From a virus (taxonomy: Duplodnaviria; Caudoviricetes), in the IMG/VR virus record IMGVR_UViG_3300013111_000391, positions 1 through 60,133 of that record: a stretch of 60,133 nucleotides of DNA; one strand, 5' to 3'. Shown here in pieces: positions 28,153-38,221 of this stretch. Positions within the stretch are counted from its first letter, which is position 1. The number at the start of each line of letters is the position of its first letter. A program made the translations under genes and the position numbers. The notes under the pieces were generated by a model. It was not told the origin of the DNA and did no database searches. It saw nothing but the letters and a program-made list of their open reading frames with translations.

Positions 28153-29245
28153 TAAAACTTTTTGTGCTTCCCCTTTTGTTAGAATGACCAGATCTCCTGA
28201 TGGTCAACTGAGAACTTGCGTATATCACCCTCCTTTAAAACAAAATTATAAGAGCATAAAAGATGCTTTTCTAGGCGAAGAAATGCAAAATATTCGTCAA
28301 GAAATGCTTGATGGGAAGTATAGAGATGAATGTAAATGGTGTTATTATTATGATGAATCAAATCAATATAGTTGTAGATCAGACATTAATGAAAGATATG
28401 ATTTAGAAACATTCATAAAAAATCCTATTGTCAAACTTCAAGAATTAGATTTTGCCGCATCAAATAAATGCAATTTTATTTGCGTAACATGTGATGAGTC
28501 TGCCTCATCTGGATGGCAAAAAAGAAATAAAGAATTCAGATTTACGAATACAGAGATAACTCAAAAATTACCAATTAAATTAGATGAAATAGATGAATTA
28601 AAACAGATTACTATTATGGGAGGAGAGCCTACAATTGATCCATATTATAATGATTCTTTTTGGGATCTTATTGAAGAGAAAACAACAGATGATGTATGGT
28701 TTCAAATGGTGACAAATTGTTCATCTTTTCCAAGTCAAAGATGGATAAAATTTTTAAAAAAATTAAACAATGTTTGCATAGGTATTTCATTAGATGGAGT
28801 TGGAGAGGTTGGTGAATTTTGTAGGCTAGGATGGAAGGAAAAAATATGGAGAAAAAATTTTTTAAAGTGGATGAATTTCTTTTCTAAAAGATCATACGAC
28901 AAAAATTCAAGGCATGATGGACCATGGATTAACTTTGTTTTAAGTAATTTCAATATTCTAAACTTAACTGAAACGCTACATTATATTGATAAATATGGCA
29001 TGAGAGAACGAGTTATGTTGACCACTGCATTTCAACCAGATTATTTATGTCCTGCGTTTTTACCGAATGAAAGCAAAGAAAAAATAAGAAATTCTGAATT
29101 TTTTGATGAAAATCATAAAAATTTTGTATTAGATGTTTTAAATCAAGGAAAAGAATCACAAGAAAAATTTAATAAATTTAAAAGATACGCAAAATATCTA
29201 AACACTTTTGTAAAAGTTCCTAAAAAATGTATGGATATAATCTAA
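28136..29245 (+). CDS. Radical SAM protein, class A
   Basis: FCASPF..RTC..CKWC, CNFICVTC, GGEP and SLDG motifs. Confidence 0.9.
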   Translation: MSKDYNKTFCASPFVRMTRSPDGQLRTCVYHPPLKQNYKSIKDAFLGEEMQNIRQEMLDGKYRDECKWCYYYDESNQYSCRSDINERYDLETFIKNPIVKLQELDFAASNKCNFICVTCDESASSGWQKRNKEFRFTNTEITQKLPIKLDEIDELKQITIMGGEPTIDPYYNDSFWDLIEEKTTDDVWFQMVTNCSSFPSQRWIKFLKKLNNVCIGISLDGVGEVGEFCRLGWKEKIWRKNFLKWMNFFSKRSYDKNSRHDGPWINFVLSNFNILNLTETLHYIDKYGMRERVMLTTAFQPDYLCPAFLPNESKEKIRNSEFFDENHKNFVLDVLNQGKESQEKFNKFKRYAKYLNTFVKVPKKCMDII

Positions 29246-29865
29246 GACTAAATATTGGTAAACACGTTTGGTCAAATTCCAAAGAATTGTATAGTCCAGA
29301 GAGACATGTAACAATTGATAAATATCGAGATGGATGTACACGAAATCCATGTTGTAGAGAAATTGTAAATGTGAAAAATAATTTTAAAGAGGGAGAGGGT
29401 ATGTGGCCCTTACCTGTATTTTTAATATGGTCTAATGGAATTTATGTAAATCATGTGCTTTGTTTTAATACAGAAGAGGAAGCATATCGTTGGGTATTGC
29501 AATGGATGCGTGAAGAACATAAAAAATTTATGTGTGGGAAATGGAATTTTCCTCATATACATGTTCATAATGTATTTGGTACAGATGTTTCATCTTTTTT
29601 GCATCCAGTATATGATGATGGTGAATTTGTTAAAGTAATGACTGCAGGACAAATAACTAATGATAATTTTTGGAATGGTTATACAATGGAAACATATATT
29701 AATCATGATTTTTTTACGACAATGGCAGTTAATTCGATAGATGTCATGGACCATTGGTCTAAAGGATTGAGTATATGGGCTAATGATTTTATCGAAGATT
29801 TTTATGATAAGCCTTTTCCCAGTTATTGGGATGTAAAATTGGTGATGAGCAATGAATACTTATAA
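29227..29865 (+). CDS. Hypothetical protein
   Basis: Coupled 212 aa ORF, Trp-rich. Confidence 0.6.
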   Translation: MYGYNLRLNIGKHVWSNSKELYSPERHVTIDKYRDGCTRNPCCREIVNVKNNFKEGEGMWPLPVFLIWSNGIYVNHVLCFNTEEEAYRWVLQWMREEHKKFMCGKWNFPHIHVHNVFGTDVSSFLHPVYDDGEFVKVMTAGQITNDNFWNGYTMETYINHDFFTTMAVNSIDVMDHWSKGLSIWANDFIEDFYDKPFPSYWDVKLVMSNEYL

Positions 29866-30394
29866 TGGATTTTGTTTAAATTTTATTAAAAAAATAACTT
29901 GTGATGTGCCAGTAGAGGACATCACAATAAATTTACCAAAACAACATCTCACAAAAGAGATGATGCAAAATAAAAAACATACATTATTCACTTTTCTGAC
30001 CATTGACGAAAAGATAAAATTTTATAGAATTTTTATTGTTATTGATAATGATTTTTCCTTAAACCAAATAATAAACAACATAAATTTAATCTATGGCTCA
30101 ATTGAAAATATGTTAAACGTTCATTGGGCATTTGGAAAATATACACAAGATGGATGGGTTCCAGCAATTGTATCAAAATTATATGCATATAAATTTAAGA
30201 TAGATGACGAATTCATACAAAAAATCAAATTACATCTTTATGAAAAAAAAGTCGATACGATAGATGAAAAAGAGTTGGAAGATTTATTACATGAGACAGG
30301 TAGATATTTAAACACTAAAAAAGATTGGAAAAATTTTATTTTGCAATTTGACGAATACTTTTCTGGATATAAACATGATGAAATTTCAATTTGA
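29852..30394 (+). CDS. Hypothetical protein
   Basis: Coupled 180 aa ORF. Confidence 0.6.
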   Translation: MNTYNGFCLNFIKKITCDVPVEDITINLPKQHLTKEMMQNKKHTLFTFLTIDEKIKFYRIFIVIDNDFSLNQIINNINLIYGSIENMLNVHWAFGKYTQDGWVPAIVSKLYAYKFKIDDEFIQKIKLHLYEKKVDTIDEKELEDLLHETGRYLNTKKDWKNFILQFDEYFSGYKHDEISI

Positions 30395-30860
30395 ATTAAG
30401 AAGCAAAACATTTCCTAGTAAAACATGGAATAATACGATTGATTTCTGCATAGACCATGATATTTTTATTCCTCATGAATATCAAAAAGTTATTCTTGAG
30501 ATAGCATCGGAGCATGGAGTCTATAGAAAACTAACATTGTTGGACGATAAAAAAGGTATGCTTCTTTCAGCAAGTTTACCGTCCTATGAATTGTTTTCCG
30601 AGTGGTTAGCAAAAAGAATCGATTATTTTCATAAAGTTAAAAATTCAGAAATTTTTGAAGACTCTGATGAAATACCTTATTTTCCTAATTCTTTTCAAAA
30701 AAAATGTTGGGATTTAACAAATTTCTCTCCATTAATTCCTTATAATGCATTTTGGAAATCTGTAAACGATGCATTTGATATTGCAAAACATGAATGCAAA
30801 ATAAATTTAAAGGCATTTAATGCAAACACAATAAAGGCATATTATGAATTTTATACCTGA
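30375..30860 (+). CDS. Hypothetical protein
   Basis: Coupled ORF, ATG at 30375. Confidence 0.6.
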   Translation: MMKFQFELRSKTFPSKTWNNTIDFCIDHDIFIPHEYQKVILEIASEHGVYRKLTLLDDKKGMLLSASLPSYELFSEWLAKRIDYFHKVKNSEIFEDSDEIPYFPNSFQKKCWDLTNFSPLIPYNAFWKSVNDAFDIAKHECKINLKAFNANTIKAYYEFYT

Positions 30861-31593
30861 AAAAGAATACAATGTATTACACACAAAAAATTTAGTACCT
30901 TTAAACATACGTATAGATGTTGATAGCTTTTTGACCGACATAAAATATTATGAACCTTTCTTCAAACAATGGGGAGATAAATTTACAGACTTGTCTAGAT
31001 ATGGACTGCCATTAGTGAACAAGAATGGTAGACTTGATAATGAACCTGAACCTGCATGTTGGCCTTTGGATAGATGGAATTTTGTTAATTTAGGATATAA
31101 TGATACGCCCGAAGATTTTACAAAATTTTATAAAGATATACAAAATAATATTAATACTGATAAATTAGAACTAGAAATGGATTTTACTGAACCCACTTCT
31201 GCACTTAATATGAAATCTCTTGAACCATTGAATGAAATTAAAAAATATATGGTTCGAAGTTGTATTTTGAAATGGAATACAAAGGCACATTTTAAACCTC
31301 ATTATGACACTTGGCATCCTGTACGTTGGCTTAGATTGTGGGGAACAACAAATCCAGATGGAATGTATGTGAGATTCAAAGCAGATGATACTGATGATGG
31401 TTTTTGTATGTGGAATGATATAACAAAAAAACATGAGATTTATAAAGCCGAAGAAAGAATAGAACCTGGTAGGTTGTATATTATAAATACTTTAAAATGG
31501 CATGATGCTTTAGCGTTTAAAGATGATGTATATCATTTTTTCATAGCACTTAACGTAGATTCATATGAAACATTGACAAAATTAAAATTATAA
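30844..31593 (+). CDS. Cupin / dioxygenase-like protein
   Basis: F.PHYD...LRLWG...GR.Y..NT...HDA (HxD..H). Confidence 0.6.
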   Translation: MNFIPEKEYNVLHTKNLVPLNIRIDVDSFLTDIKYYEPFFKQWGDKFTDLSRYGLPLVNKNGRLDNEPEPACWPLDRWNFVNLGYNDTPEDFTKFYKDIQNNINTDKLELEMDFTEPTSALNMKSLEPLNEIKKYMVRSCILKWNTKAHFKPHYDTWHPVRWLRLWGTTNPDGMYVRFKADDTDDGFCMWNDITKKHEIYKAEERIEPGRLYIINTLKWHDALAFKDDVYHFFIALNVDSYETLTKLKL

Positions 31594-31600
31594 GGATTTT

Positions 31601-32239
31601 ATGGAAGCGTTTGTTTTTAAACTCAGTTTCAATACACCTCATGAACTTACAGATTCTTCTCTTGTTGAAGTGTATTTGGTTGATAATTATACAAAAGAAA
31701 CTTTTATTGATAAGAGTTCTTTTAGTTCACCTGAAGGTGCTAAATTTATTTATCTACAGGATGAATCAGATGGTAAAGGGGATAAATTAGTTTATTTATT
31801 AGCATTTGATTCTTCACCAAATGCTAATGACGTTAAACTGTCAAGTAATAATGGAACACATTTTTTATCAAATCGATATGATTTTGAATTAAATACAGAT
31901 GGTGAATTAGATATTTATGAATACACCGGTAATGATTCGGAATTAAGTCTATTACTCAATAGAATGACTGGCATGTGCGAGTCTTATGATTTGGGCGACG
32001 ATATACCATCTTTATCTCAATTAGACGAGTGGATCACGAATAATTCAAAAGATTATAGTGTATCCGATATTGTCAATTTGAAAGTGAAAAATAAAAGAAA
32101 TATGGATCATCAATTAACGGCAATTGATTGTTATCCATGGTTTGATTCTGAAATTGGAAATTGGATATTATCAGACATCGATTCAAAATTATCAACAAAA
32201 ATGAATTTATTAGAGTTTATAACTAATCATTGTGAATAA
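31601..32239 (+). CDS. Hypothetical acidic protein
   Basis: 212 aa ORF with an aagga RBS. Confidence 0.6.
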   Translation: MEAFVFKLSFNTPHELTDSSLVEVYLVDNYTKETFIDKSSFSSPEGAKFIYLQDESDGKGDKLVYLLAFDSSPNANDVKLSSNNGTHFLSNRYDFELNTDGELDIYEYTGNDSELSLLLNRMTGMCESYDLGDDIPSLSQLDEWITNNSKDYSVSDIVNLKVKNKRNMDHQLTAIDCYPWFDSEIGNWILSDIDSKLSTKMNLLEFITNHCE

Positions 32240-33296
32240 AAATTTATTCTGCATATCACCTTTTAGTAGAATGACTGGTGGTCCTGAAGGTACTTATAGG
32301 ACCTGTTGTTATCACCCACCAATTAAGAAAAAATACAAGAACGTAATAGATGCATTCGAAGGAGATGAAATGAATCTCCTTCGTAAAAGAATGCTCAATG
32401 GTGAACATATAAAAGAATGTGAACCTTGTTATTATTATGATTCGATAGGAGAATTGTCGCAAAGACAGGTGATGAATCAAGAACATGAATATAAAAAAAA
32501 TTTCTCTATTGAAGGTTTAGAAATATCATTTGACAATAAATGCAATTTTGCTTGTGTGACATGTAAACCAGAGTCAAGTACAGTATGGGAAGAACGAGAA
32601 GGAAAAATTAATAAAATAAGACCAAATTACGATGGAGTAGATTTTAGTAAATTAAAGCATTTATCATTTACTGGAGGTGAACCAACAATTCAAAAAGAAT
32701 TTTCACCAAATTTTTTTAAATTGCTCGACAGTCAAATAAATTATGATACAATTTTTTTCTCTATGAATACAAATTGTTCTAAGTTTATTCATAAGACATG
32801 GCAAAATTTTGTAAAGAAATTAAAACGTGTAATGATTATGACAAGTATCGATGGTATTGGACCAGTTGGAGAATGGGTTAGATTTGGCTTAAAAATGAAC
32901 GTATGGGAACGAAACGTATTAAGGTGGAAAAAATTGTTAAAGGATAATGAAGAGTATACTTATGGTGATATGACGAGTGGTGTGTGGTCTAATTTTGTAA
33001 TGACGAATTACAATATATTTAATATGGCAGATACAGAAAGATATCTTGATTCTTTGGGTATAAAAATGAGAAAAACAAACTGTTTTTCGCCTGAGTATTT
33101 GAGCCCAGAATATTTACCTGATCAAATAAAAAAAGAATTACCATCAGATGATTTTATTCAAAGCGTTTTAAATAATAATGAATTTAATGTTGAGTATTGT
33201 AGAGAATTTATTTTGTATACAAGATATCTTGAGACTTTTCAAAAGGCGCCAGAGGAGGCATTATTTGTTTACAGAAAATTAAAAGAATATGTTTAA
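32232..33296 (+). CDS. Radical SAM protein, class A
   Basis: FCISPF..RTCC..CEPC, CNFACVTC, GGEP and SIDG motifs. Close paralog of 28136. Confidence 0.9.
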   Translation: MNKNLFCISPFSRMTGGPEGTYRTCCYHPPIKKKYKNVIDAFEGDEMNLLRKRMLNGEHIKECEPCYYYDSIGELSQRQVMNQEHEYKKNFSIEGLEISFDNKCNFACVTCKPESSTVWEEREGKINKIRPNYDGVDFSKLKHLSFTGGEPTIQKEFSPNFFKLLDSQINYDTIFFSMNTNCSKFIHKTWQNFVKKLKRVMIMTSIDGIGPVGEWVRFGLKMNVWERNVLRWKKLLKDNEEYTYGDMTSGVWSNFVMTNYNIFNMADTERYLDSLGIKMRKTNCFSPEYLSPEYLPDQIKKELPSDDFIQSVLNNNEFNVEYCREFILYTRYLETFQKAPEEALFVYRKLKEYV

Positions 33297-34233
33297 ATGG
33301 CCTATATCATTGAATGATGTAACACGACTACAGTTTGAATTAACCTCGTTTTGTAATGCAAATTGTCCCTCATGTGAACGATACAATTATCTTCCAGACA
33401 ATTCTAATCCCTATGTAAAACCTTTAAATTCAAATTATATATCATATGATAATTTTAAAAAATGGATTAAACATGATTTCAAAAGTCTCAAAAAAATTCA
33501 TTTTTGTGGCAACATTGATGAACCGACTTTAAATCCCGACTTGTTAAAAATATGTGATTATATTAATAAACAATATTCTCACGTTGAAATATGGATTGCA
33601 ACTAATGGTGGTACAAAAAATAAAAAATTTTGGCAAGATTTGGCAAAATTCAAAACGGTTGTGGTTTTTGGAATTGATGGTTTATCTGATACAAATCATA
33701 TTTATAGAAAAAATGTCAATTGGTCGAAATTAGAGCAAAATTATAAATCATATATAAAATACAGAGGAAAAGCAATTTGGCAATTTATTGTTTTTGAACA
33801 TAATAAACACCAATTACTTTCAGCAAAAAAAATGTCAGAAGATAATAAGTTTTTTGCCTTCAATGAAAAATATTCTGAACGTGAAAATCATGAAGTGATA
33901 GAAATAAAAAAACACAATTTAGAAAAACAGAACTTAAAATGTAAAGCGACATATTTAAATTCTGAATTAGAAAAATCTTTTTTTATTGATGTTAATGGTA
34001 CTGTTTGGCCGTGTTGTTGGATGGGCACGGCACACTACACTAAAAAGTTTTATGATTTTTTTGGCTCTGATATGAATCATATATTTGAAAATAATTTAAA
34101 ATTTAATACTCTTGACGAAATTATTGAGGGAGACATATTTTCAAAATTATGGACCAACTTACAAAATTTAGAAATTTGTAATATTAAATGCAAAAGAAAT
34201 GAAATTGATGAAGACAACTATAAAATCAATTGA
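33289..34233 (+). CDS. Radical SAM protein, class B with C-terminal SPASM
   Basis: ELTSFCNANCPSC, FCGNIDEP, WQFIVFEHN and WPCC...C...C motifs. Confidence 0.9.
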   Translation: MFKWPISLNDVTRLQFELTSFCNANCPSCERYNYLPDNSNPYVKPLNSNYISYDNFKKWIKHDFKSLKKIHFCGNIDEPTLNPDLLKICDYINKQYSHVEIWIATNGGTKNKKFWQDLAKFKTVVVFGIDGLSDTNHIYRKNVNWSKLEQNYKSYIKYRGKAIWQFIVFEHNKHQLLSAKKMSEDNKFFAFNEKYSERENHEVIEIKKHNLEKQNLKCKATYLNSELEKSFFIDVNGTVWPCCWMGTAHYTKKFYDFFGSDMNHIFENNLKFNTLDEIIEGDIFSKLWTNLQNLEICNIKCKRNEIDEDNYKIN

Positions 34234-34981
34234 TATTTTTGGAGATAGTTTTTCTGCACAAGATTATAAATTATCAAAGGACGATACATGGTTAGATATG
34301 TTAGAAAAAAAATATGGTTTTATTTTAAAAAATAATTCTAAAATCGGTGTTGGTGCTCAATGGTGCATTGAAAAATTTATGGGACTGACTGAATATAGTG
34401 ATTATCTTTTATTTTGCTTACCTGACATGAATAGAATATCTTTTGAATATTTGTCTGAAAATGAAATAGCGAGTGCAAATATGATTTATACTATAATGGA
34501 TAAAAATAGTTTTGATTTTCCTAATACTATTTCTGAGGAAATAAAAAATTTATCAGATAGAATTTATAAAGATTTTAATTCATTTTATACAACAGGTTTA
34601 CATAAAATATTGGAAGTTTTGTTTATGAGTTTTATTTTTACAAAACACAATAAATATGAAAAAATTTTAATATGGCCATCTTCTGGTTTAGGATATCCGT
34701 TTAGAAATTATAACTCTACTTTAGAAGTGCCTCAAAATGTTCATATAGTAACTAGGTGTTTAAATTTTATTTCACATTTTGAAAAAAAAGGCACTGATAT
34801 TAATAAAACATATGACAAGAATGAGGAGGGTGATGCAAGATTTTTCTTTGGTAAAGATATTCGTAGTAATCATTTATCATTTGACAACCATAAGATATTG
34901 TCAAAACAAATTTTTAATTTTTTTATTGAGCATAAAAATCCTGTGACATCTGAATTTAAACGAGAAATATATGAAGTGTAA
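34199..34981 (+). CDS. SGNH/GDSL-like protein
   Basis: IFGDSF and RSNHLS..NH motifs. Confidence 0.55.
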   Translation: MKLMKTTIKSIDIFGDSFSAQDYKLSKDDTWLDMLEKKYGFILKNNSKIGVGAQWCIEKFMGLTEYSDYLLFCLPDMNRISFEYLSENEIASANMIYTIMDKNSFDFPNTISEEIKNLSDRIYKDFNSFYTTGLHKILEVLFMSFIFTKHNKYEKILIWPSSGLGYPFRNYNSTLEVPQNVHIVTRCLNFISHFEKKGTDINKTYDKNEEGDARFFFGKDIRSNHLSFDNHKILSKQIFNFFIEHKNPVTSEFKREIYEV

Positions 34982-36038
34982 TAGATTGGAAGGTCATTTA
35001 GATTTATGTTTAGCAGATGGTAGAATTACGCCTTGTTGTCTTTTCGATACTTCACATGGATGGAAATCAAACATTTATAGCGGAGATGTGACTGAAGAGT
35101 GGGTTGATGCAAGAAATAGATTGAACAAACAATGGATTCCTGAATGTGTAATTTGTGAGAATAATGAAAAAAATGGTCATGAGTCAATGAGAAATACCGC
35201 TATAAAAAATGGTATGCAAATTTCACTAGATTTTACATGTAATTTTATGTGTAGAATTTGTAAACCTTCCTTGTCATCTAAATGGGATTCTGTAAATGAA
35301 GATTGGTCAAGATTTGATAGAGAACATTATTATAAAGATGAAAATAGAAATATTTTTTCTGATGCTCAGGCAAGATTTTTAAACTATGTTGATTTGACTG
35401 AATTAGAAGAAGTAAAAATTGTCGGAGGTGAGCCATTTTTATCAAAAAGATTACCTTCATTTTTAAAAAAATTACCAAAAACTGCAAAAATATCATTCAA
35501 TACAAATGGTAGTATTTTTCCAGATAAACAAATTTTGAAATTATTAGATAAATTTTCTTCTGTTCAAATGGATGTGAGTATTGATGCCGTAGGCCCATTA
35601 GCAGAATGCATAAGATATGGTACTATATGGAAAGAGGTAGAAAAAAATATTGAAAAACATATGAGACAGTGGAACGAAGTTTATATATATTCCACTATTT
35701 CGTTGATGAATGTTAATAAAATGAATGATGTATATGATTTTGCAGGAGGGGATGAATATCATGGAGGTAGAAGTAGAATGAATGCTCTTTTCAACCCTAA
35801 TTTTTTGAGACTTGAACAAATACCTCTAACGTATAGAAAAAATTGGGGCATTAAAGAGTTGACCGCAAATGGTGATTTTAATAATATCATTTACAGTGAT
35901 CTAGAAGTTAATAAAGAATATGAAAAAATTATAGATTTTTTATTAACTTGTGATAAACACCAAAATAAAAATTTTAAAAATGTAAATTCAGAAATTTGGG
36001 AATTGTTAAATGAACATAAAAATACCAAAAAAAATTAA
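34971..36038 (+). CDS. Radical SAM protein, class A
   Basis: PCC..CVIC, CNFMCRIC, GGEP, TNG and SIDA motifs. Confidence 0.9.
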   Translation: MKCNRLEGHLDLCLADGRITPCCLFDTSHGWKSNIYSGDVTEEWVDARNRLNKQWIPECVICENNEKNGHESMRNTAIKNGMQISLDFTCNFMCRICKPSLSSKWDSVNEDWSRFDREHYYKDENRNIFSDAQARFLNYVDLTELEEVKIVGGEPFLSKRLPSFLKKLPKTAKISFNTNGSIFPDKQILKLLDKFSSVQMDVSIDAVGPLAECIRYGTIWKEVEKNIEKHMRQWNEVYIYSTISLMNVNKMNDVYDFAGGDEYHGGRSRMNALFNPNFLRLEQIPLTYRKNWGIKELTANGDFNNIIYSDLEVNKEYEKIIDFLLTCDKHQNKNFKNVNSEIWELLNEHKNTKKN

Positions 36039-36807
36039 AAAATACACACCTGAGGTGATGGAAGAATTAGAACGACTTGGTTTTTTTGATGATACTGATA
36101 CGATGCAAGATAAATTTCATACATTGAAAACCATGATTAAGCAAGATTTTTATGAAAAACCCGTTGAAACTATTGGCATGTGGATGTCAGGTGGTGCAGA
36201 TAGTTCATTATGTGCATACATGATATGCAAAAAGATTAAAGAAGATAATCTTAACATAAATTTTCAACCATTATCAGTTCGAAGAGGTAGGGGTTGGAAT
36301 CCAATTTATGCTGGACATGTTATAGATTTTATTGAAGAAGAATTAGATTTCAAAATGAATGAACATATCATTTATTATCCTGATATAACAGATGAATATC
36401 AAAGAGAAATTAAAGAATTTAGAGATAGAGATGTTGATAATTTTAATTCAGGGTTAATAGATATTCTATATAGTGGAATTACATCTAATCCTCCAGAAAG
36501 TGACAAAACAATTTCTAAAAATAAAGAAAGAACAAGAGATGAGTCATCCGAAAGACCCATAGAGACATGGAGTGGTTTTGCACATTACATCAATCCTTTT
36601 TTTCAAATTAACAAAAAAGATATTAAAAAATTATATGATGAATACGACTTAACTTACACACTTTTTCCCATGACAAGAAGTTGTGAAGGTTCTGATTACG
36701 AAACAGGAAACTATACATTTCATTGTGGCAAATGTTGGTGGTGCGAAGAACGAATGTGGGCATTTGGTTTTTTAGATCAACCTGAACAGAAATTTATTTA
36801 TGATTGA
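36010..36807 (+). CDS. QueC-like PP-loop ATPase
   Basis: MSGGADSS PP-loop, PF...K, and a TRSC...HCGKCWWC.ER zinc motif. Confidence 0.75.
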   Translation: MNIKIPKKIKKYTPEVMEELERLGFFDDTDTMQDKFHTLKTMIKQDFYEKPVETIGMWMSGGADSSLCAYMICKKIKEDNLNINFQPLSVRRGRGWNPIYAGHVIDFIEEELDFKMNEHIIYYPDITDEYQREIKEFRDRDVDNFNSGLIDILYSGITSNPPESDKTISKNKERTRDESSERPIETWSGFAHYINPFFQINKKDIKKLYDEYDLTYTLFPMTRSCEGSDYETGNYTFHCGKCWWCEERMWAFGFLDQPEQKFIYD

Positions 36808-38221
36808 TAAAGATCCAGATAATTTACCGTCAGATACTTTTTGTGCATTGCCTTGGATGCACATATCAACGAGACCGAATGGTCATATGCGTGTATGTTG
36901 TACTGCAAATGCATCTGCCGTTCAAGACAAAGATTCAACAAACAAAAAAGTTTCAGAAGCAGGTGTGCTTAGAAGAGATGACGGTAAACCTGCTAATCTA
37001 GCAACAACAAGTTTGCTAGATGCTTGGAACAACGAATACATGAAGTCAGTTCGTAGAATGATGTTGAAGGGTGAAAAACCTGATTCATGTCTAAAATGCT
37101 TTAAGGAAGAAGATGCAGGACATAGAAGCAAAAGACAATGGGAAACGGCTAAGTGGGTACATGAACTTGGCCTGGAAGACATTATTGGCGAGACTCAAGA
37201 AGATGGATCTATACCGCCCAGAGTCAGATATATTGATTTGCGCCTTGGTAGTAAGTGTCAACTTGCATGTGTTATGTGTAGTCCTCATGATAGTTCTGGG
37301 TGGGTAAAAGAATATAAACAGATTTATCCAGATCTAAAAAACGAGAGACTACAAAAATCACAACTATGGGAAAAAGACTCTGGTAAGTTAGCATGGTCTG
37401 GTGGATCATATGCTTGGCATAAATCGAACCCTACATTTTGGGATGAGTTTTGGACGCAAGTGCCTACACTTAGACAACTGTATTGGGCAGGTGGCGAAGC
37501 ACTTATAATGAAAGAACATTATATGGTGCTTGAAAAAATTATTGAGATGGGTTATGCAAAGAATATAGAAGTTCGTTATAACTCAAATGGTCTTGAATGG
37601 GATGATAATCTTTTTGACTTGTGGAAAGAGTTCAGAAATGTTATATTTCATTTTAGTATAGATTCATATGAAGACAAGAATCATTTTATTCGATATCCAT
37701 CAAATTGGGAACAGGTTGTAACACAATTAGAAACTCTCGATAATTATCCTTATGGAAATCTTAGACTCACTACTGCAACAACAATACTTGCTCTTAATAT
37801 ATTTTATTTACCTGACTTCATAAAATGGAAGTTAGATCGTGACTGGAAATTACTGAACAAATTTCCTGCTGGTGCTGGTATGATAGATTTACATCTCGCA
37901 TATTGGCCGCCTCAATTGAACTGTAAAGTATTGCCCAAATGGTTCAAACAAGAGGTGACAGAAAAATTTGAAGACTTCTATCCATGGCTTGAAGATAACT
38001 GGAAGAAATGTAATGGTGTATCTGATTTGAATTACAATGAATGGAGAGAATTACCATATGGTATAAAGAGACTTGAAGGACTCGTATCTTTCATGAATTC
38101 AGAAGATTGGTCTGAGCGTTTGCCTGAAACTGCTGAATGGTGTAGCACAATAGCAAGAAGAAGAAAGTTAAATTTTTTAAAGACATTTCCTGATTTGGAA
38201 TGGATGGAGTGGTATTTATGA
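36800..38221 (+). CDS. Radical SAM protein, class A (Twitch domain)
   Basis: FCALPW..RVCC..CLKC, CQLACVMC, AGGE, NSNG and SID motifs. Confidence 0.92.
   Translation: MIDKDPDNLPSDTFCALPWMHISTRPNGHMRVCCTANASAVQDKDSTNKKVSEAGVLRRDDGKPANLATTSLLDAWNNEYMKSVRRMMLKGEKPDSCLKCFKEEDAGHRSKRQWETAKWVHELGLEDIIGETQEDGSIPPRVRYIDLRLGSKCQLACVMCSPHDSSGWVKEYKQIYPDLKNERLQKSQLWEKDSGKLAWSGGSYAWHKSNPTFWDEFWTQVPTLRQLYWAGGEALIMKEHYMVLEKIIEMGYAKNIEVRYNSNGLEWDDNLFDLWKEFRNVIFHFSIDSYEDKNHFIRYPSNWEQVVTQLETLDNYPYGNLRLTTATTILALNIFYLPDFIKWKLDRDWKLLNKFPAGAGMIDLHLAYWPPQLNCKVLPKWFKQEVTEKFEDFYPWLEDNWKKCNGVSDLNYNEWRELPYGIKRLEGLVSFMNSEDWSERLPETAEWCSTIARRRKLNFLKTFPDLEWMEWYL

Noticed and set aside
31573-31601. Internal sigma70 promoter at TTGACA 31573
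   Set aside because: No acceptable -10 hexamer at the expected spacing.
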